A stretch of 64,000 bases of DNA from Squalus acanthias (lineage: Eukaryota): NCBI GenBank assembly GCA_030390025.1, contig CM059443.1, forward strand, positions 22,506,001 to 22,570,000. Reading direction: 5' to 3'. The notes below the pieces were generated by a model, which was given only the letters and a program-made list of their open reading frames with translations, did no database searches and was not told where the DNA came from. The position numbers and the translations under genes were made by a program. Below are positions 62,845 through 64,000 of this stretch, in pieces (position 1 is the stretch's first letter; each line of letters starts with the position of its first letter).

Positions 62845-62925
62845 CCCACCAGCACCTTGTCAAGGGGAATTAGGGATGGGCAATAAATGCCGGCCTTGCC
62901 AGTGACGCCCACATCCCGAGAATTA
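62845..62925 (+). mobile_element. LINE family B extreme 3' tail
   Basis: GGGATGGGCAATAAATGCCGGCCTTGCCAGTGACGCCCACATCCCGAGAAT. Confidence 0.75.
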
Positions 62926-63417
62926 ATTTTTAAAATCTCATTGGCCCACATCAGTCGGTGAGTTTTTATAATCTTTCCTGTTATTTCACTCAGTGTTTTA
63001 TTACATTTCTGAGCTGAGTCTCCTTTATTAAATGATTTGGTTACAGGTGTAACTGCATCAGTACGCTGTTCTCTGGCTGAAAACAATCTCATTGTGCACT
63101 CTGGTGTTATCTTGCCACTGATCACTTGCCACATCAGCCCAACACTGTGAAGACAGAACCGATGAGGGACTAGATCTCCTAGGGAGTAATGTACATCTAA
63201 TAACCTACCTATTCTGCACCTTCTGTTATAGATGGCTGGTTCCAAAGCCAGCGCAAAGCAAATCTAATTGCTAAATTACCATCCTAAATTATTGCTGCCA
63301 ATATTTAATAATAAAACCAAAGATCTGGACTCATTGGGGCCATGCAGGGACTGGGGAAGAATGCTCAGTCTCATGGTGGATAGCGGGAGAGGGGGAGAGA
63401 AAGACAGAGAGCGGAGA

Positions 63418-63603
63418 CGGGAGTAATTTTAACTTAATGCACCCAGCGGAAAACTGATGGGATTGCCCACCAATTTTAGACCCCGCCCCATTTTACTTTC
63501 CATTGAGGTCAAAGGAGAAGAAAATTGGGTGGGGTGTAAAATGGGCAGCAGATCCGATCCCATCAGTTTCCTGCCCGGGGGGGTTAGGTTAACATGACCC
63601 CCC
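63418..63603. mobile_element. Fold-back MITE
   Basis: GTAATTTTAAC / GTTAACATGACCCC ends; AAACTGATGGGAT / ATCCCATCAGTTT arms; central CCATTGAGGTCAAAGG. Confidence 0.65.
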
Positions 63604-63793
63604 CTGGTGTAGCCAGAATGGCTGATTCAGCAATGAGCTGCAGAATATAAAGTGTTAAAACACATATACTTGATTTTTTTTTTTAAATCAGCAAATGAGC
63701 CATACTGGGGTGAATTCAGGGCAATGGCAAGGGTTTGATGATCAAAGCTATCCAGATAAATGTGTAGCAGTTCACAAGTATCCTAAATACAGA

Positions 63794-64000
63794 GGCCTAA
63801 AAATTCGGTTGCTTTGCGCCTCCCGGCGCTAACGGGGCGCAAAGCAACTAGCGCCTGGGCGCGGCACCGCCCACGCCTCCCGCGAAATTCAGCGGGAGGT
63901 TAGCGGCGGTGCTAACCGGTAGCGCCCCGCGGCGCTGCGCCACTGGCGATGACGTCATCGCCATGCACAGCATCCCGCTCGCACCCCGGTCGCGATCTTC
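63794..64000 (-). mobile_element. CpG-rich Harbinger-derived element, cut by the window end
   Basis: Reverse-complement similarity to the right end of 38837-39737 (GCGCCTCCCG, GGGGCGCAAAGCA.CTAGCGCC). Confidence 0.7.

Noticed and set aside
62691-63245. 227-aa ORF 62562-63245 as a separate gene
   Set aside because: Runs through intron and a LINE tail and overlaps the flippase exon out of frame; no recognisable domain.

Overview
Vertebrate nuclear DNA, most likely from a cartilaginous fish, judged from its CR1, Deu-SINE and Penelope repeat complement. Two convergent genes are present. On the + strand is the last, homeobox-coding exon of a ONECUT gene best matching ONECUT3 (19544-19836), preceded by over 19 kb of intron and followed by a long, repeat-poor putative 3'UTR rich in miR-9 seed sites. 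On the - strand are the last six coding exons of an ATP8B-class P4-ATPase lipid flippase (62690 to 48731), probably ATP8B3 by synteny. The rest is a dense, nested set of transposon relics: CR1-type LINEs, an L2 tail, Deu-domain SINEs, PIF/Harbinger-type MITEs plus a decayed Harbinger Myb/SANT gene, hAT MITEs, and Penelope-like termini carrying minimal hammerhead ribozyme motifs. Most notable: the hammerhead motifs, unusual substitutions at the flippase lipid-binding helix (M6 Asn to Lys and Ser to Trp), the miR-9/let-7 site cluster, and the link between the MITEs and the Myb gene. All calls are by eye with no database search; repeat boundaries are approximate unless a TIR or TSD is given.
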